DNA from: Candidatus Poribacteria bacterium
Lineage (GTDB): Bacteria; Poribacteria; WGA-4E; JAJDTR01
Length of the DNA: 63,255 nt
Assembly (NCBI GenBank): GCA_965222225.1
Contig: CBDCTK010000001.1
Coordinates: 1 to 63,255, forward strand
Direction of reading: 5' to 3'
Numbering within the stretch: the stretch's first letter is position 1; each line of letters begins with the position of its first letter. Below the pieces are notes generated by a model. It worked only from the letters and a program-made list of their open reading frames with translations. It was not told where the DNA came from and did not search any database. This document shows positions 10,613 through 22,632 of this stretch, piece by piece. The position numbers were made by a program, and so were the translations under genes.

Positions 10613-11335
10613 TCAGTCAGGATTTTCGCGCTCGTTTTTCCATGCTTCATATTCAGCCAAGGTTGATTCGTCCGGTGGATAGGTACCGACGATTCTCGCG
10701 CCCGATTGAATCTTCTTTAGGAGGAATCTTTCCCGCGCCTCCATCTCGACTGCAATCTGTGCGACTTCTGCCGCAAGTTGAACCGGGACAACGACCACGC
10801 CTTCCGCGTCTCCCACAATAATGTCACCCGGTAGGACGGCAACCTCGCCGCAGGCAATTGGCACCTGAATCTCCGAAGGGTGATGCACCGTCTTATTCGA
10901 GTGCGCGTTCATCGCCGCGGCAAAGGCAGGTATGCCAATCTCGGCTATGGAAGGGCTGTCACGGAAGGCGCCATCGGTTACGACACCGGCAGCTCCCCGT
11001 TTGAAGAGGCGAGTGGCAAGGATATCGCCCATTGTTCCGGCGCGTGTATCGCCACGCGCATCAATAACGAAGACCTCCCCTATCCGGATTTCTTCAATCC
11101 CGACGCGCTGAGGGTCTTTCAGGTTGTCGATCTCCCCCGCGTCCAAATCTTCGCGAGCAGGTATGTAACGAAGCGTGAACGCAGGTCCTGCCATTTTCAT
11201 ATTTGGTCGAAGTGGGGCAACACCGTGCATAAAACTCCGACTCAACCCGAACTGTTTCAGAGTTGTTGTTAGGGTAGCGGTACTAGGAATCAGGAGTTGC
11301 TGGATGACCTCATTCGAGATTCTTTCGTTAGGCAT
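10613..11335 (-). CDS. RraA/HMG-aldolase family protein
   Basis: MAGPAFTLRY, GDIL, GVVTDGAFRD, PGDIIVGDAEGVVVVP. Confidence 0.88.
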   Translation of the reverse strand: MPNERISNEVIQQLLIPSTATLTTTLKQFGLSRSFMHGVAPLRPNMKMAGPAFTLRYIPAREDLDAGEIDNLKDPQRVGIEEIRIGEVFVIDARGDTRAGTMGDILATRLFKRGAAGVVTDGAFRDSPSIAEIGIPAFAAAMNAHSNKTVHHPSEIQVPIACGEVAVLPGDIIVGDAEGVVVVPVQLAAEVAQIAVEMEARERFLLKKIQSGARIVGTYPPDESTLAEYEAWKNERENPD

Positions 11336-11424
11336 GAGTTAATTTACCTTGTATTTGTTTGCGGTATGGAATATCCGGGGAGTGCGCATGGTCGTCTTGG
11401 TGCTGATTGTGTCGTCTGCTCCAC

Positions 11425-11544
11425 TTGACGTGGATTCCCAAGAAATTCTATAATAGTACGCGAGAGCGGTCAAGGATTTTGAGCGTTATTGCCCTGCGGA
11501 GATGTCTAATTTCGATTGACTGTCTACACTATGACGGGTATAAT
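11425..11544 (+). promoter_or_regulatory. tandem sigma70 promoters for the PPIase-KamA operon
   Basis: TTGACG-18-TATAAT (11425-11454) and TTGACT-17-TATAAT (11516-11544). Confidence 0.65.
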
Positions 11545-11571
11545 TACGAATAGCGAAGACCGGAGGGCTGC

Positions 11572-12144
11572 ATGATTCAAAGCCAAAGAGGACGGGCGTT
11601 ATTTCTGTCAATTATCTTCTTGATGCTTGCCGCGTGCAGCGGAAGTGGGAAACCAGTGGTAACGATTGAAACAGATAAGGGTAAAATCGTCATTGAACTC
11701 TATCCCGATGCCGCTCCCGTGACAGTGGAGAATTTCCTAACGCTCATCGATCAGGGCTTCTATGACGGACTCATATTTCACAGGTATGTCCCCGAATTCG
11801 TGATTCAAGGCGGAGATCCAAAGGGAGACGGCAGCGGTGGGCCCGGATGGACGATTCCCGGCGAATTTCAAGATTTTAACCTCCGCGCCAAAATGCCCGC
11901 GCATGAAAGAGGCACAGTGGCGATGGCGCGAACGCGTATGCCCAATTCCGCAGGAAGCCAGTTCTATATTTGCTTAGACCCTAATCCTAATCGTTACCGC
12001 CATCTTGAAGGACAATATACCGCTTTTGGTCGGGTGATTAAAGGTCTTGATGTTGTGGACGAGCTTCGGATTGGGGACAAAATGAATAGAGTGAAGATGA
12101 AAACACCTCGAAACTATTTATCATCTGAAAGGGTCTCGAAATAA
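11572..12144 (+). CDS. cyclophilin-type peptidyl-prolyl isomerase, lipoprotein
   Basis: LAAC lipobox, FYDGLIFHR, FVIQGGDP, AMAR, SAGSQFYI. Confidence 0.93.
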   Translation: MIQSQRGRALFLSIIFLMLAACSGSGKPVVTIETDKGKIVIELYPDAAPVTVENFLTLIDQGFYDGLIFHRYVPEFVIQGGDPKGDGSGGPGWTIPGEFQDFNLRAKMPAHERGTVAMARTRMPNSAGSQFYICLDPNPNRYRHLEGQYTAFGRVIKGLDVVDELRIGDKMNRVKMKTPRNYLSSERVSK

Positions 12145-13200
12145 ATGGAAGAATGGAAACGTCTGGTTCGAGATACGGTTGACACACCGGAAAAGCTTGC
12201 GGCGGCGCTTGATGTCGATCTCGAAAAAATGAGAAAGATCCATGAGGAGTTTCCAATTCGTATTAATCCGTACTACCTGAGTTTAATCGAGGAAGTTGGC
12301 GATCCTATTTGGAAGCAAGTTGTGCCGGACTCAAGGGAATTGATTGCGACCGGCGTGGAAGATCCTCTTCATGAAGAGGAAGACAGCGAAGTAGCAAACG
12401 TCACCCATCGGTATCCTGACCGTGTACTGTTTTATGTCAACTATATGTGTCCGATTTATTGCCGATTTTGCACGCGGAAACGCAAGGTAGGGGACCCAGA
12501 TTCAATCCCGGATGACAACACCGAGATAGGCTTAGAATATCTGCGAGAGCACCCTGAAGTGCGCGATGTTATTATATCCGGCGGAGACCCACTCATGTTA
12601 ACCGATCGGAAGCTTGATTATATTGTAGGCGGAATTCGTTCCATTGAGCATATTGAAATCATCCGCATCGGGTCGCGTGTCCCGGTAACCTTGCCACAGC
12701 GAATTACACCGGAACTCTGCGCAATTCTCAAAAAACATCATCCGTTCTACATCAACACACATTTCAATCATCCGCGCGAAATCACGCCAGAAACGACGAA
12801 AGCGTGTGGTATGCTTGCCGATGCCGGAATACCTCTTGGTAATCAGGCGGTACTTCTCAAAGGAGTCAATGATGATCCGGAGGTAATGGTCGAGTTGATG
12901 AAGAAACTTCTAGCTATCCGTGTGAAGCCTTATTACATCTATCAAGCCGACCTTGTCGTTGGCACGGATCATTTCCGGACTTCAATCAAAAAAGGGTTGG
13001 AGATTATTGCCGCTTTACGGGGGCACATTTCCGGGCTTGGGGTGCCACACTATGTGGTTGATGCGCCGGGCGGCGGCGGCAAAATCGCGCTACTTCCGGA
13101 CCCGGTAGTATCGTTTGATGATGATGAAATTAGATTGAGGAACTACGAAGGCGGTGTGTATAGCTATCCAAGTACGCCTTTCTACGATGAGGACTGGTAG
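12145..13200 (+). CDS. KamA-family radical SAM aminomutase (lysine 2,3-aminomutase/EpmB-like)
   Basis: THRYPDRVL, CPIYCRFC, SGGDPL, HFNHPRE, DAPGGGGK (PLP lysine). Confidence 0.92.
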   Translation: MEEWKRLVRDTVDTPEKLAAALDVDLEKMRKIHEEFPIRINPYYLSLIEEVGDPIWKQVVPDSRELIATGVEDPLHEEEDSEVANVTHRYPDRVLFYVNYMCPIYCRFCTRKRKVGDPDSIPDDNTEIGLEYLREHPEVRDVIISGGDPLMLTDRKLDYIVGGIRSIEHIEIIRIGSRVPVTLPQRITPELCAILKKHHPFYINTHFNHPREITPETTKACGMLADAGIPLGNQAVLLKGVNDDPEVMVELMKKLLAIRVKPYYIYQADLVVGTDHFRTSIKKGLEIIAALRGHISGLGVPHYVVDAPGGGGKIALLPDPVVSFDDDEIRLRNYEGGVYSYPSTPFYDEDW

Positions 13201-13502
13201 TGTAAGATAGCGCGCTTTCTCACAGAGAGAATCAGTGTTGACCGCCAACGCCAATTGGTTGCGCTTAGAGCCCATTTGAATCATCGGCGGCAAAGCCGTT
13301 TTTGGTCAGTTGATGCGGGTTTTTTCATGTCATTTTCTTGCTTGCTATATGCCTTCACCGACCTCCGCCCTAGTAGTTGAACCTGCGGAAAAAGACGCAA
13401 TTGTTGCCGAGTCGCTAGGAGATTTTGGAATCAGTGGCGTCTTGGACTAATAACCTCAAAGAGTTATGTTTCCCCTTATCTGCGAAAGGAACGCTTGAAC
13501 GT

Positions 13503-14208
13503 ATGAAGGTCCTGGTTATCACAGCTTGCACAGCAGAAAAAAAATTAAGCGGCCCAACCAACTTAAGCGGGAGAATTTTGCTACCCCCGGACTCCAGAGA
13601 CTGAAATCGAAAGAGTTGAAAGAGTATAAAACTCCGGCCGCAGAGATGTACCAAGGTAAGGGCCATCTACACCTAATGAAGGGAGTTAGGCGCCTTCGAA
13701 ATACTTTTGGACAAGGTATAGTTGATGTACGCATTATTTCCCCTGGATACGGACTGCTTAATGAAGAAGATTTGATTGTTCCTTACGACTACGATTTTAG
13801 CGATGATCCGATTTGGAAGATAAAGCAACGCAGTAATCAGCTCAAAATCCATTCGAAAATAGAGTGTTCACTGTCCCGTTACGATCTGGCTTTCTTCTTG
13901 TTAAGTAAAGCATACGTCACAGCGTGTAAACCCCCTTTTGACGTTCAAAGGCCAGCTGTACAAATCTTCCTAGTAGCGGAGGGGCACAGAAAAAAATTCC
14001 GGCTAATCGGCCATATATCCATGCTGTTTGCGCGCGGGAGAAGTTAGTCGACCAACTTCCGGGTGCCAACAAATATAACCTCAAAGAAGTTGTGTTCGAG
14101 AGATTGTGCAAAGTAGCATGTGATCGAGGACTTGAGGTGTTTGAAGAAGTAAAGAGGAACCCGAAACGAATGATTGAGATGGTCCTAGATTGTAATGGGG
14201 GACTCTGA
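13503..14208 (+). pseudogene. DUF6884/YaaA-like protein split by two -1 shifts in A-tracts
   Basis: MKVLVITACTAEKK / PAAEMYQGKGH / IISPGYGLL motifs; shifts at A8 13537-13544 and A7 13990-13996; final stop at 14208; family call is from motif recall. Confidence 0.6.
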
Positions 14209-14356
14209 AGTAGACAAAAGACCGCGGCACGTTTCTAACGCTTGCCACGGAGGAATTGAAGCGAAAATTGTTGTGGGGATAAACGTAGTTAGTATTGAGC
14301 CGAAAGTATGGGATGAGTCGTCGGATTACTGCTTACATCAATTAAGCATTGTGTAG

Positions 14357-16003
<1,647 letters not shown>

Positions 16004-16125
16004 GTTTAAGATATTGTACGCGTTGTTAATCGAAAAGATGAATGTGTCGAGTTTGCTCCAAAGGAAAGTAGTGCTTTTGTACTGCTCATTCAAGCATTGC
16101 ATGTTACTTCAGCTTCGGATCTGAG

Positions 16126-17397
16126 GTGTATATGACATCAAACAATTATGCGACTCTGTTTGCGCGCGCTTGGTACGGTGACGAGGAGCTAAAGTTGAAT
16201 TTTCCGGATGGCTGGGAGATTCAAATGCTCTCGCCCAGAGATGCATCGAAGTTATCGGAAGCCGAGATTCAAGCCGCATTTGACCGCCCGATTGGCACAC
16301 CCCGAATTGTGGAACACGCCAAGGGAAAACGAAGCGCCGCCATTATTGTCGACGATTTGAGTAGACCGACACCGGCTTCGGAGGTTGTCCCTTTCGTCCT
16401 TCGGGAGTTAATTCAAGCAGGGGTTCCCAAGAGCGAGATTCGCTTTGTTGTTGGTGGCGGGTCACATCGCGGGCTTACGGATGACGAGATTGCGAAGAAA
16501 ATTGGCACAGAAGTCGCAGCAGAATATGAGGTGGTAAACCACGATTTTATGGCTGGCAATCTTCGCGCGTTAGGAAATCTTGACAGCGGTTTGCCGATTT
16601 ACATCAACCCGGTGGTTGCCGACGCCGACTTTAAAATCTGCTTAGGAGGCATCTATCCGCACAGATCAGTGGGGTTCGGTGGCGGTGCAAAACTGATTTT
16701 GCCAGGTGTCGCCGGGTATGCGTCGATATTTTATTTCCATGAATACTATCCCAAGCGCGGGCATGCAATTATTGAAAGACTAGGTGCCGAACCGGATCAC
16801 CGTGATGCAGCAGAGGCCGTGGCGGAAGTTCTGGGTCTTGATGTCATCGTAAACATCGTTACGAATACCAGACGCGAAGTCGGCGGCGTGTTTGTCGGCG
16901 ATTTTGTGGAAGCGCATCGCGTAGGTTCTCAGTTTGCGCTAGAGACCTATGCAACCCGCATCCCCGATCAGATGCGTAAAGAAACGGATGTTATCCTGTT
17001 AAACTGCTATCCGCTAGATTGGGATCCCATCCAGACCGGAAAAGCGCTCTGGGCGCGTGCACATTTTGACAATGCTTACACAATTATTGTCAATCCGGCG
17101 ACCGAGGGAGTGTGCTATCACGGGCTTTCCGATCAGATTGACTATCCCCGTTTTGCCAAGCGAAGCGCAGCACAGAAACCGATGCCGCTCCCCACACCCA
17201 AGATTGGATCGCGAGAACAGGCATTGGTTTGGTCAGACCTATTTCCCGTAGACGCCTTCTACAAGCGGCACCCGAACGACATTCTATTCCGCGAATGGGA
17301 CACGCTGATTAATATGCTCGCCGGAAAACTGCCCCAGAACGCAAAGGTGGCGGTATTGCCATGTGCCAGCACGCAGATATTTGCAGAGGGTGATTGA
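16126..17397 (+). CDS. LarA-family (lactate racemase domain, DUF2088) protein
   Basis: IIVDDLSRPTP, GGGSHR, PH..GFGGGAKLILPG. Confidence 0.85.
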   Translation: MYMTSNNYATLFARAWYGDEELKLNFPDGWEIQMLSPRDASKLSEAEIQAAFDRPIGTPRIVEHAKGKRSAAIIVDDLSRPTPASEVVPFVLRELIQAGVPKSEIRFVVGGGSHRGLTDDEIAKKIGTEVAAEYEVVNHDFMAGNLRALGNLDSGLPIYINPVVADADFKICLGGIYPHRSVGFGGGAKLILPGVAGYASIFYFHEYYPKRGHAIIERLGAEPDHRDAAEAVAEVLGLDVIVNIVTNTRREVGGVFVGDFVEAHRVGSQFALETYATRIPDQMRKETDVILLNCYPLDWDPIQTGKALWARAHFDNAYTIIVNPATEGVCYHGLSDQIDYPRFAKRSAAQKPMPLPTPKIGSREQALVWSDLFPVDAFYKRHPNDILFREWDTLINMLAGKLPQNAKVAVLPCASTQIFAEGD

Positions 17398-17438
17398 TTG
17401 TGGCGGGGTGGTACGGTTGAAGGTGTTTCCCGTCTTCC

Positions 17439-18287
17439 TTACGAATACTCCACGCGCGGACGGACAACCGTCTCTCCGTCATCTTCAAGAAGTGGGCGAT
17501 TGTATATATAGGGCGGTTCTAGTACCGAACGCTGGGCTTCGGTCAACTCATTAACCCACTCGGGAAACTCCGGTTCATAATAACCGCCAGCATAGTGCAA
17601 ATACTTTGGCGAGTAACGTACCAGCAATGAGCGGCGTTCTAGCTCCCGGTTTGCCCAAGGGAGCGTGCCGTGAATCGTCGCTTCGTTGAAAATAATCATG
17701 TCCCCAGCTTTAGCGGGGATATTGTACACGACCTCCCGATTGACCTCCCACTCCCTTATTTCGCTTGGGCAGGGAAAGTTCGCCTTGTGACTACCCGGAA
17801 TCACACAAAGCCCGCCATCTCCTTCTTCCACATCGGCGAGTTGATATTGTAGGACTACCATTCCGCATCGCATCTGTCCGTTGGTGTAGATGTAGTATGC
17901 CGCGCCGAAAAATTGATGATTCGTGGAGCCGTGAAGGATTAAGCCTTCGGCATCCATGTCAGCAGTCAGAATGAAAGGGGAATGGTCTAACCGCCAGCCA
18001 CGACCATGAATGGTGTTTAGATAGGGGATCGCCTTCTTGTGCACGATGATTTCTCGAAACGGCTGGCACCACGGTTTGGGCCACGTCAGCATGCCCGTGA
18101 ACATGCATCGTCTGTGGGTACCAACAAGTGTTTTGGAATTGCCGAGGGCGTGATTATCGTCTTCGCCGCACTTGTCCGTGTTTGCATCGACAGCGGCGTT
18201 GAGTTCGTCGACCTCAACTTGTGTGAGGAAGTCCGGCACGACAAGAAATCCTTGAAGATCGAACAGAAATTTCTCTCGGTCGTTCAT
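17439..18287 (-). CDS. phytanoyl-CoA dioxygenase (PhyH) family protein
   Basis: FDLQGFLVV, GGLCVIPGSHK, KAGDMIIFNEATIHGT. Confidence 0.88.
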   Translation of the reverse strand: MNDREKFLFDLQGFLVVPDFLTQVEVDELNAAVDANTDKCGEDDNHALGNSKTLVGTHRRCMFTGMLTWPKPWCQPFREIIVHKKAIPYLNTIHGRGWRLDHSPFILTADMDAEGLILHGSTNHQFFGAAYYIYTNGQMRCGMVVLQYQLADVEEGDGGLCVIPGSHKANFPCPSEIREWEVNREVVYNIPAKAGDMIIFNEATIHGTLPWANRELERRSLLVRYSPKYLHYAGGYYEPEFPEWVNELTEAQRSVLEPPYIYNRPLLEDDGETVVRPRVEYS

Positions 18288-18488
18288 CGGTCCGTTCCTT
18301 TCAGGTTTGGCTCCAGTTAAGAATCATGCACTTTGGTCCGTAGTGATGCGGTTGATTGCGCGTCGAGCACGTTGTTCCGTCTTCGCGAGCATAACTCCGT
18401 TTTGGTCTTCAATGTCCTAGTTTTGTTAGGGCGCGTAACGCTTTGCCACCTGTTATTTTCCTGGCGCGGTTAATGTCAGGCGACGACC

Positions 18489-19517
18489 TCAAATATTTAG
18501 GTCAACCACAATGCGACCACGCACCTTCCCCGCAATGATGTCGGTTGACGCCTGAGGAACATCCCTTAACGAAATTGTCTGTGTCATCGTATCGAGTTTG
18601 TCCATGTCAAGGTCCTTGGCAAGACGTCCCCATACGCGTTCACACAGCTCACGTTCGCACTTGACAGCAGTTATCCCAAGAAGGTTCACACCGCGCAGAA
18701 TAAAAGGCAAAACAGTAGTCGGCAATTCACTGCCACCGGCAAGGCCACAAGCGGCAACGCTACCGTGTGCACGAGTTTGCCGCAGCACGCTTGCAAGCGT
18801 CTCTCCTCCTACCGTATCAATCGCTCCCGACCAGCGTTCGCTTTCGAGTAATTTACCGGATGGTTCGCTCAACGCCTTACGTGGGATAATCTCGGAGGCG
18901 CCCAAATACCGAAGGTAATCCCCCTCCTGTTCAGCTCGACCTGTCGAACCAATGACCCGGTAACCGAACTTCGCCAGTAGAGCGATTGCAATCGATCCAA
19001 GCCCGCCAGCAGCGCCCGTCACGATGACCTCGTTCTGATTTGCCGCGTTAGGCGTAAGACCGTGGTCTTCAAGTGCGAGCAGCGCTAGCATTGCCGTGAA
19101 GCCAGCGGTTCCAATCGCCATTGCCCGTCTGGCGGTAATCTCAGAGGGCAGAGGTACAAGCCGAACTCCGTTTACGCGTGCTATACTTGCGTATCCCCCG
19201 GAGAACTCTTCGCCCATACCCCAGCCAGAGAGTATGACTTCATCTCCAGTCTGAAAGCGGTCATTCTCGTCAGTTTCCAATACTTCGCCGGCAAGATCAA
19301 TGCCCGGGACGATAGGCAGCCGCCGAAGGATTTTGCCCTTACCAGTGACAGCCAAGCCGTCTTTATAGTTCAGGCTTGAGTAAGTGACGCTAATTAACGT
19401 ACTACCGGCTGGGGCGGGTAACTCGACCACGTCCTTCAGTTGTCGGATTGAAGCCGGTGCTTGAGTTCCGTCGGTCTGTTTGTCTACGATGAGTGCCGAG
19501 ATTGGATAGTTCGCCAT
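18489..19517 (-). CDS. acuI: acryloyl-CoA reductase AcuI/YhdH-family MDR oxidoreductase
   Basis: YSSLNYKDGLA, PGIDLAG, AIGTAGFTA, LPFILRGV; ATG at 19517. Confidence 0.85.
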   Translation of the reverse strand: MANYPISALIVDKQTDGTQAPASIRQLKDVVELPAPAGSTLISVTYSSLNYKDGLAVTGKGKILRRLPIVPGIDLAGEVLETDENDRFQTGDEVILSGWGMGEEFSGGYASIARVNGVRLVPLPSEITARRAMAIGTAGFTAMLALLALEDHGLTPNAANQNEVIVTGAAGGLGSIAIALLAKFGYRVIGSTGRAEQEGDYLRYLGASEIIPRKALSEPSGKLLESERWSGAIDTVGGETLASVLRQTRAHGSVAACGLAGGSELPTTVLPFILRGVNLLGITAVKCERELCERVWGRLAKDLDMDKLDTMTQTISLRDVPQASTDIIAGKVRGRIVVDLNI

Positions 19518-20943
19518 AGTAAGTTTGTGTTGCGGGTTTTCTCCTAACTTTTGGAGTGTCGCACAGTTCATAGACTAACTGTTCCAAGATGCAGTCAGGC
19601 GACAGTTGGCTACTCTTGAGTTGTGTATCAGCATCAAGTGTCTTTTCCAAACCTTGGATTAATTCCGCTGCACTAAAGTAGGGGATGCATTGGAATATCT
19701 TATAAGCGGCATAGGGGTTTTGTTTCAAAAGGTTCACTTGGGGGTTTTGAGGCAGCGAACCGGACAGCCTTGACGCGAGCGGCTTGAAGACTGTGTTCAC
19801 GAATTCTTGAAAATTCAAGCGACCTACTGTCGGTTTCAAATTCTCTTTGTCCGCAAGGAGTTTAGCCTGAAGCGATAGACGAATTTGTCTTGCAATCAGC
19901 GCATTGACCTTAATCGGCGGCTCGCCACTCTGCAGAATACTATGAAGGCTTTCCACCGCGCGGCCAACAGCGCGTTTTCCAATTGCGTCGGTCAAGGCAA
20001 AGATGTTTTCAAAACCGCTTGAAGAAACCAAATTTCGAACATCTTCTTCATCAATTTGTACATTTCCCCCGACGAACGCCACTATTTTCTTGAGGGATTC
20101 GAAGATGATGTGTAGATCGTTGTTAGTCCGTTCACGTAATAGGTTAAACGCTCTCGGGGTAATGGTCTTTCCTTCATCTCTTAGTGTCTTGGATACGCTG
20201 TGGAATAGAGGGTCTTGTTGGAAAGATTGACCAGATTCTAGTCGATTGAACGTGACATATCTACCCACTTGGTCAATTACTTTAACGAGTCGGCTACGCC
20301 CATCAATATTGCCTTTGACCGTAAAAATCAAGACGCTAGTGGTTGGAAGGTCGCCCTCTAGCCACTCCGTGAGCAATCCAGCATCATCCACGCCGCCAGC
20401 GAGGTTTAGTAAATCCTCAACTCGGGCAGCAATATCGGGTAAATTGTTCAAGAATCCCAGTTCGGTCGGCCCCAAATTGTCGCCATTGTCTTTTACAAAA
20501 TCGTTGACCGCTCCCTTAAAATTGTTGCTTTGCTCGGCTATTTCTTGGGCGGGAATGTCCAGCACTTTGGTCATAATTGAAATAACTCTTCGAGGTCCCT
20601 CATCTACCGCATCAATTGCACTTCTTAGGAAATCGAGAGGGCTGGTTCTTTGTGTTTTTTGAAACACCGTGGATTCTTGGACGACCACCACGCGCCATTT
20701 TGACATCATTGGATAAACTTCCACAGCGCTCAGAACATCACGAATGGACACGGTTGGGCCGTCGAGGAGGTCCAAATTGAAGTCACGAGTGGTTGGGTCA
20801 TCCAAAAGTATACCGAGCATCTTTTTGAGGGTTTCCTCAATCAAATAATCCTCCTCGCCACAAAGTATGTAAACGGGGTGGACCGTACCCGCTTGAATCT
20901 CTTTGGCGATATTCGGAATACTAGGAGGCCGTTGGTTTCTCAT
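19402..20943 (-). CDS. holA: DNA polymerase III delta subunit
   Basis: PVYILCGEEDYL, PMMSKWRVVVV, NIFALTDAIG, DTQLKSS; internal insertion; 3' end overlaps acuI. Confidence 0.82.
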   Translation of the reverse strand: MRNQRPPSIPNIAKEIQAGTVHPVYILCGEEDYLIEETLKKMLGILLDDPTTRDFNLDLLDGPTVSIRDVLSAVEVYPMMSKWRVVVVQESTVFQKTQRTSPLDFLRSAIDAVDEGPRRVISIMTKVLDIPAQEIAEQSNNFKGAVNDFVKDNGDNLGPTELGFLNNLPDIAARVEDLLNLAGGVDDAGLLTEWLEGDLPTTSVLIFTVKGNIDGRSRLVKVIDQVGRYVTFNRLESGQSFQQDPLFHSVSKTLRDEGKTITPRAFNLLRERTNNDLHIIFESLKKIVAFVGGNVQIDEEDVRNLVSSSGFENIFALTDAIGKRAVGRAVESLHSILQSGEPPIKVNALIARQIRLSLQAKLLADKENLKPTVGRLNFQEFVNTVFKPLASRLSGSLPQNPQVNLLKQNPYAAYKIFQCIPYFSAAELIQGLEKTLDADTQLKSSQLSPDCILEQLVYELCDTPKVRRKPATQTYYGELSNLGTHRRQTDRRNSSTGFNPTTEGRGRVTRPSR

Positions 20944-21125
20944 GATGTCTCAGGTATGTCTGCAACAAGCTAATTTCTTCGGTTCGTGTCCAAGGTTTGG
21001 TGCCATCCCAATACGAATTTTCGGATATACCGTAGTCAACCGGTAATCAGAGGTGTGCTTTCCTCGGGTAAATCATCGGGTAGCGAGGTGTTGAAGGTTT
21101 TATTTTGAAAGTTCAGGATGTTACG

Positions 21126-22410
21126 CTAAACTTTCGATGACATTTGCAGGACCTTCTTTCCACAACGGTGCAATCCCGTTTTGGAGAATCTCTTGTGTGC
21201 CGCTGCAAATGGTAAATTCACTTTGTGTGTGGTGGAGCGCAATTCGTTTAGAGCTGCTGAGACGCCGCCTTCATGTCCGCGCTTCGCTGCTAGATACGGG
21301 AACTTTATTGAACCGGAGAGTGCCAAGTCGGTCGGGATGTATCCGATTCGACCATTGGTGTAACCCCAAGCCATTGTATGTTCAAAGGGGGCAAAAGCGT
21401 TGAGCCAAACCTCATACTCGCTGAACATCCCGGCAGCCATCGTGACGAGCAGCCATTCCGAGCCGAGCATCAGGGCGTTGAGTTGGAACTCCAACATCGG
21501 CTGTTCTCCGCACTCCATGATCTCCCTAACTATCATCAAGTTTTTCAGCGCCCACTCGTCATCAGCGTATTCTTTTTTCGCACGTTCAACCTTCCATTCC
21601 CATTCTGCTTGTTCAGGTACGCGCAAAGGGAGCATTACAGACTTGGTGCAGAGGGTGAAATTGTCTGCGGTGAGGGCCTCACTATCACGAGTCGCAGTCA
21701 ATACAGCATTACCCAGTTTTCTGCCGGCTTCTTCGGCTTTCTCGTGCCATCCGCTTGTGATGCTAAACCCTACCGGACCGCCATTGCAGTTTCCGGCACA
21801 CCCAAGCGCGAACATCGGAACCACATCGTCCCCAAGTTGCTCGGTGATATGACGAACCGCATACGCCGGGTAGTCAGCGCTAATCTCGTGAACCTCTATG
21901 GTGATGACCGGATGGGCAGCGTATTTGAAAAGGATTGCTATCGGTTGACCGTCTTCATTTCGCGCTTCCAATGTGTTGACCCAGGGCACCGATACTTGCG
22001 TGAACGGCTTACCGTAGCGGTTAGAGCCGATGTATGACGGGGGCGCGGCGTCCCGCATGCAGCGAAACGGGGACACGGTTGGTATATGCCGATTGTACCG
22101 CTTCCTCGATTAATCGTCGCGCGTTCTTCCGCCAGGCATCTGTCCAGCTACCTCGCGCATCGGAATGGGTGTGCGTACAATTGACGAACGTATGGTCAAT
22201 ACCAAGTTTTTGGTACTTTTCGGGCCCATCGGTCCCCAAGCTAACCTCATGAAAGTAGAGACTCATCACATCCACACATATGATAACTACCGCGGTGTCG
22301 CCATCATCGTATACGATTGCTCTGGCAAAGAGAGGAACGTGGACGGCTGGATTGTCTCACATGAGTTCAGGGTACGTAATATCCCTGACGCTTGCTCCGA
22401 CCTTCATCAT
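21126..22410 (-). pseudogene. neutral/alkaline ceramidase-like protein, disrupted
   Basis: MMKVGASVRDIT start, in-frame TGA 22357-22359, CTHTHS motif, frameshift ~22040, then YAAHP, ISADYP, GCAGN, GYIPT. Confidence 0.75.
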
Positions 22411-22632
22411 AGAGTTTCCCCGCATAAGTAATAGTTCGAAGGCAAGTTTAGTTTAGCACGGCCATGGGGGGCTGTCAACGGAAATGGGTGTGATTGCCTA
22501 GGTGGTCTTATAGTCCCTTTAATTCCCAAAGGATTTATGTGGTATAATTGAGGTGGTACTATTTTTCAGATACACAATTGGCTACGCCAAGAAACGACAA
22601 ACCGATTGTTCATTGCCAAGGGATTTGATTGC

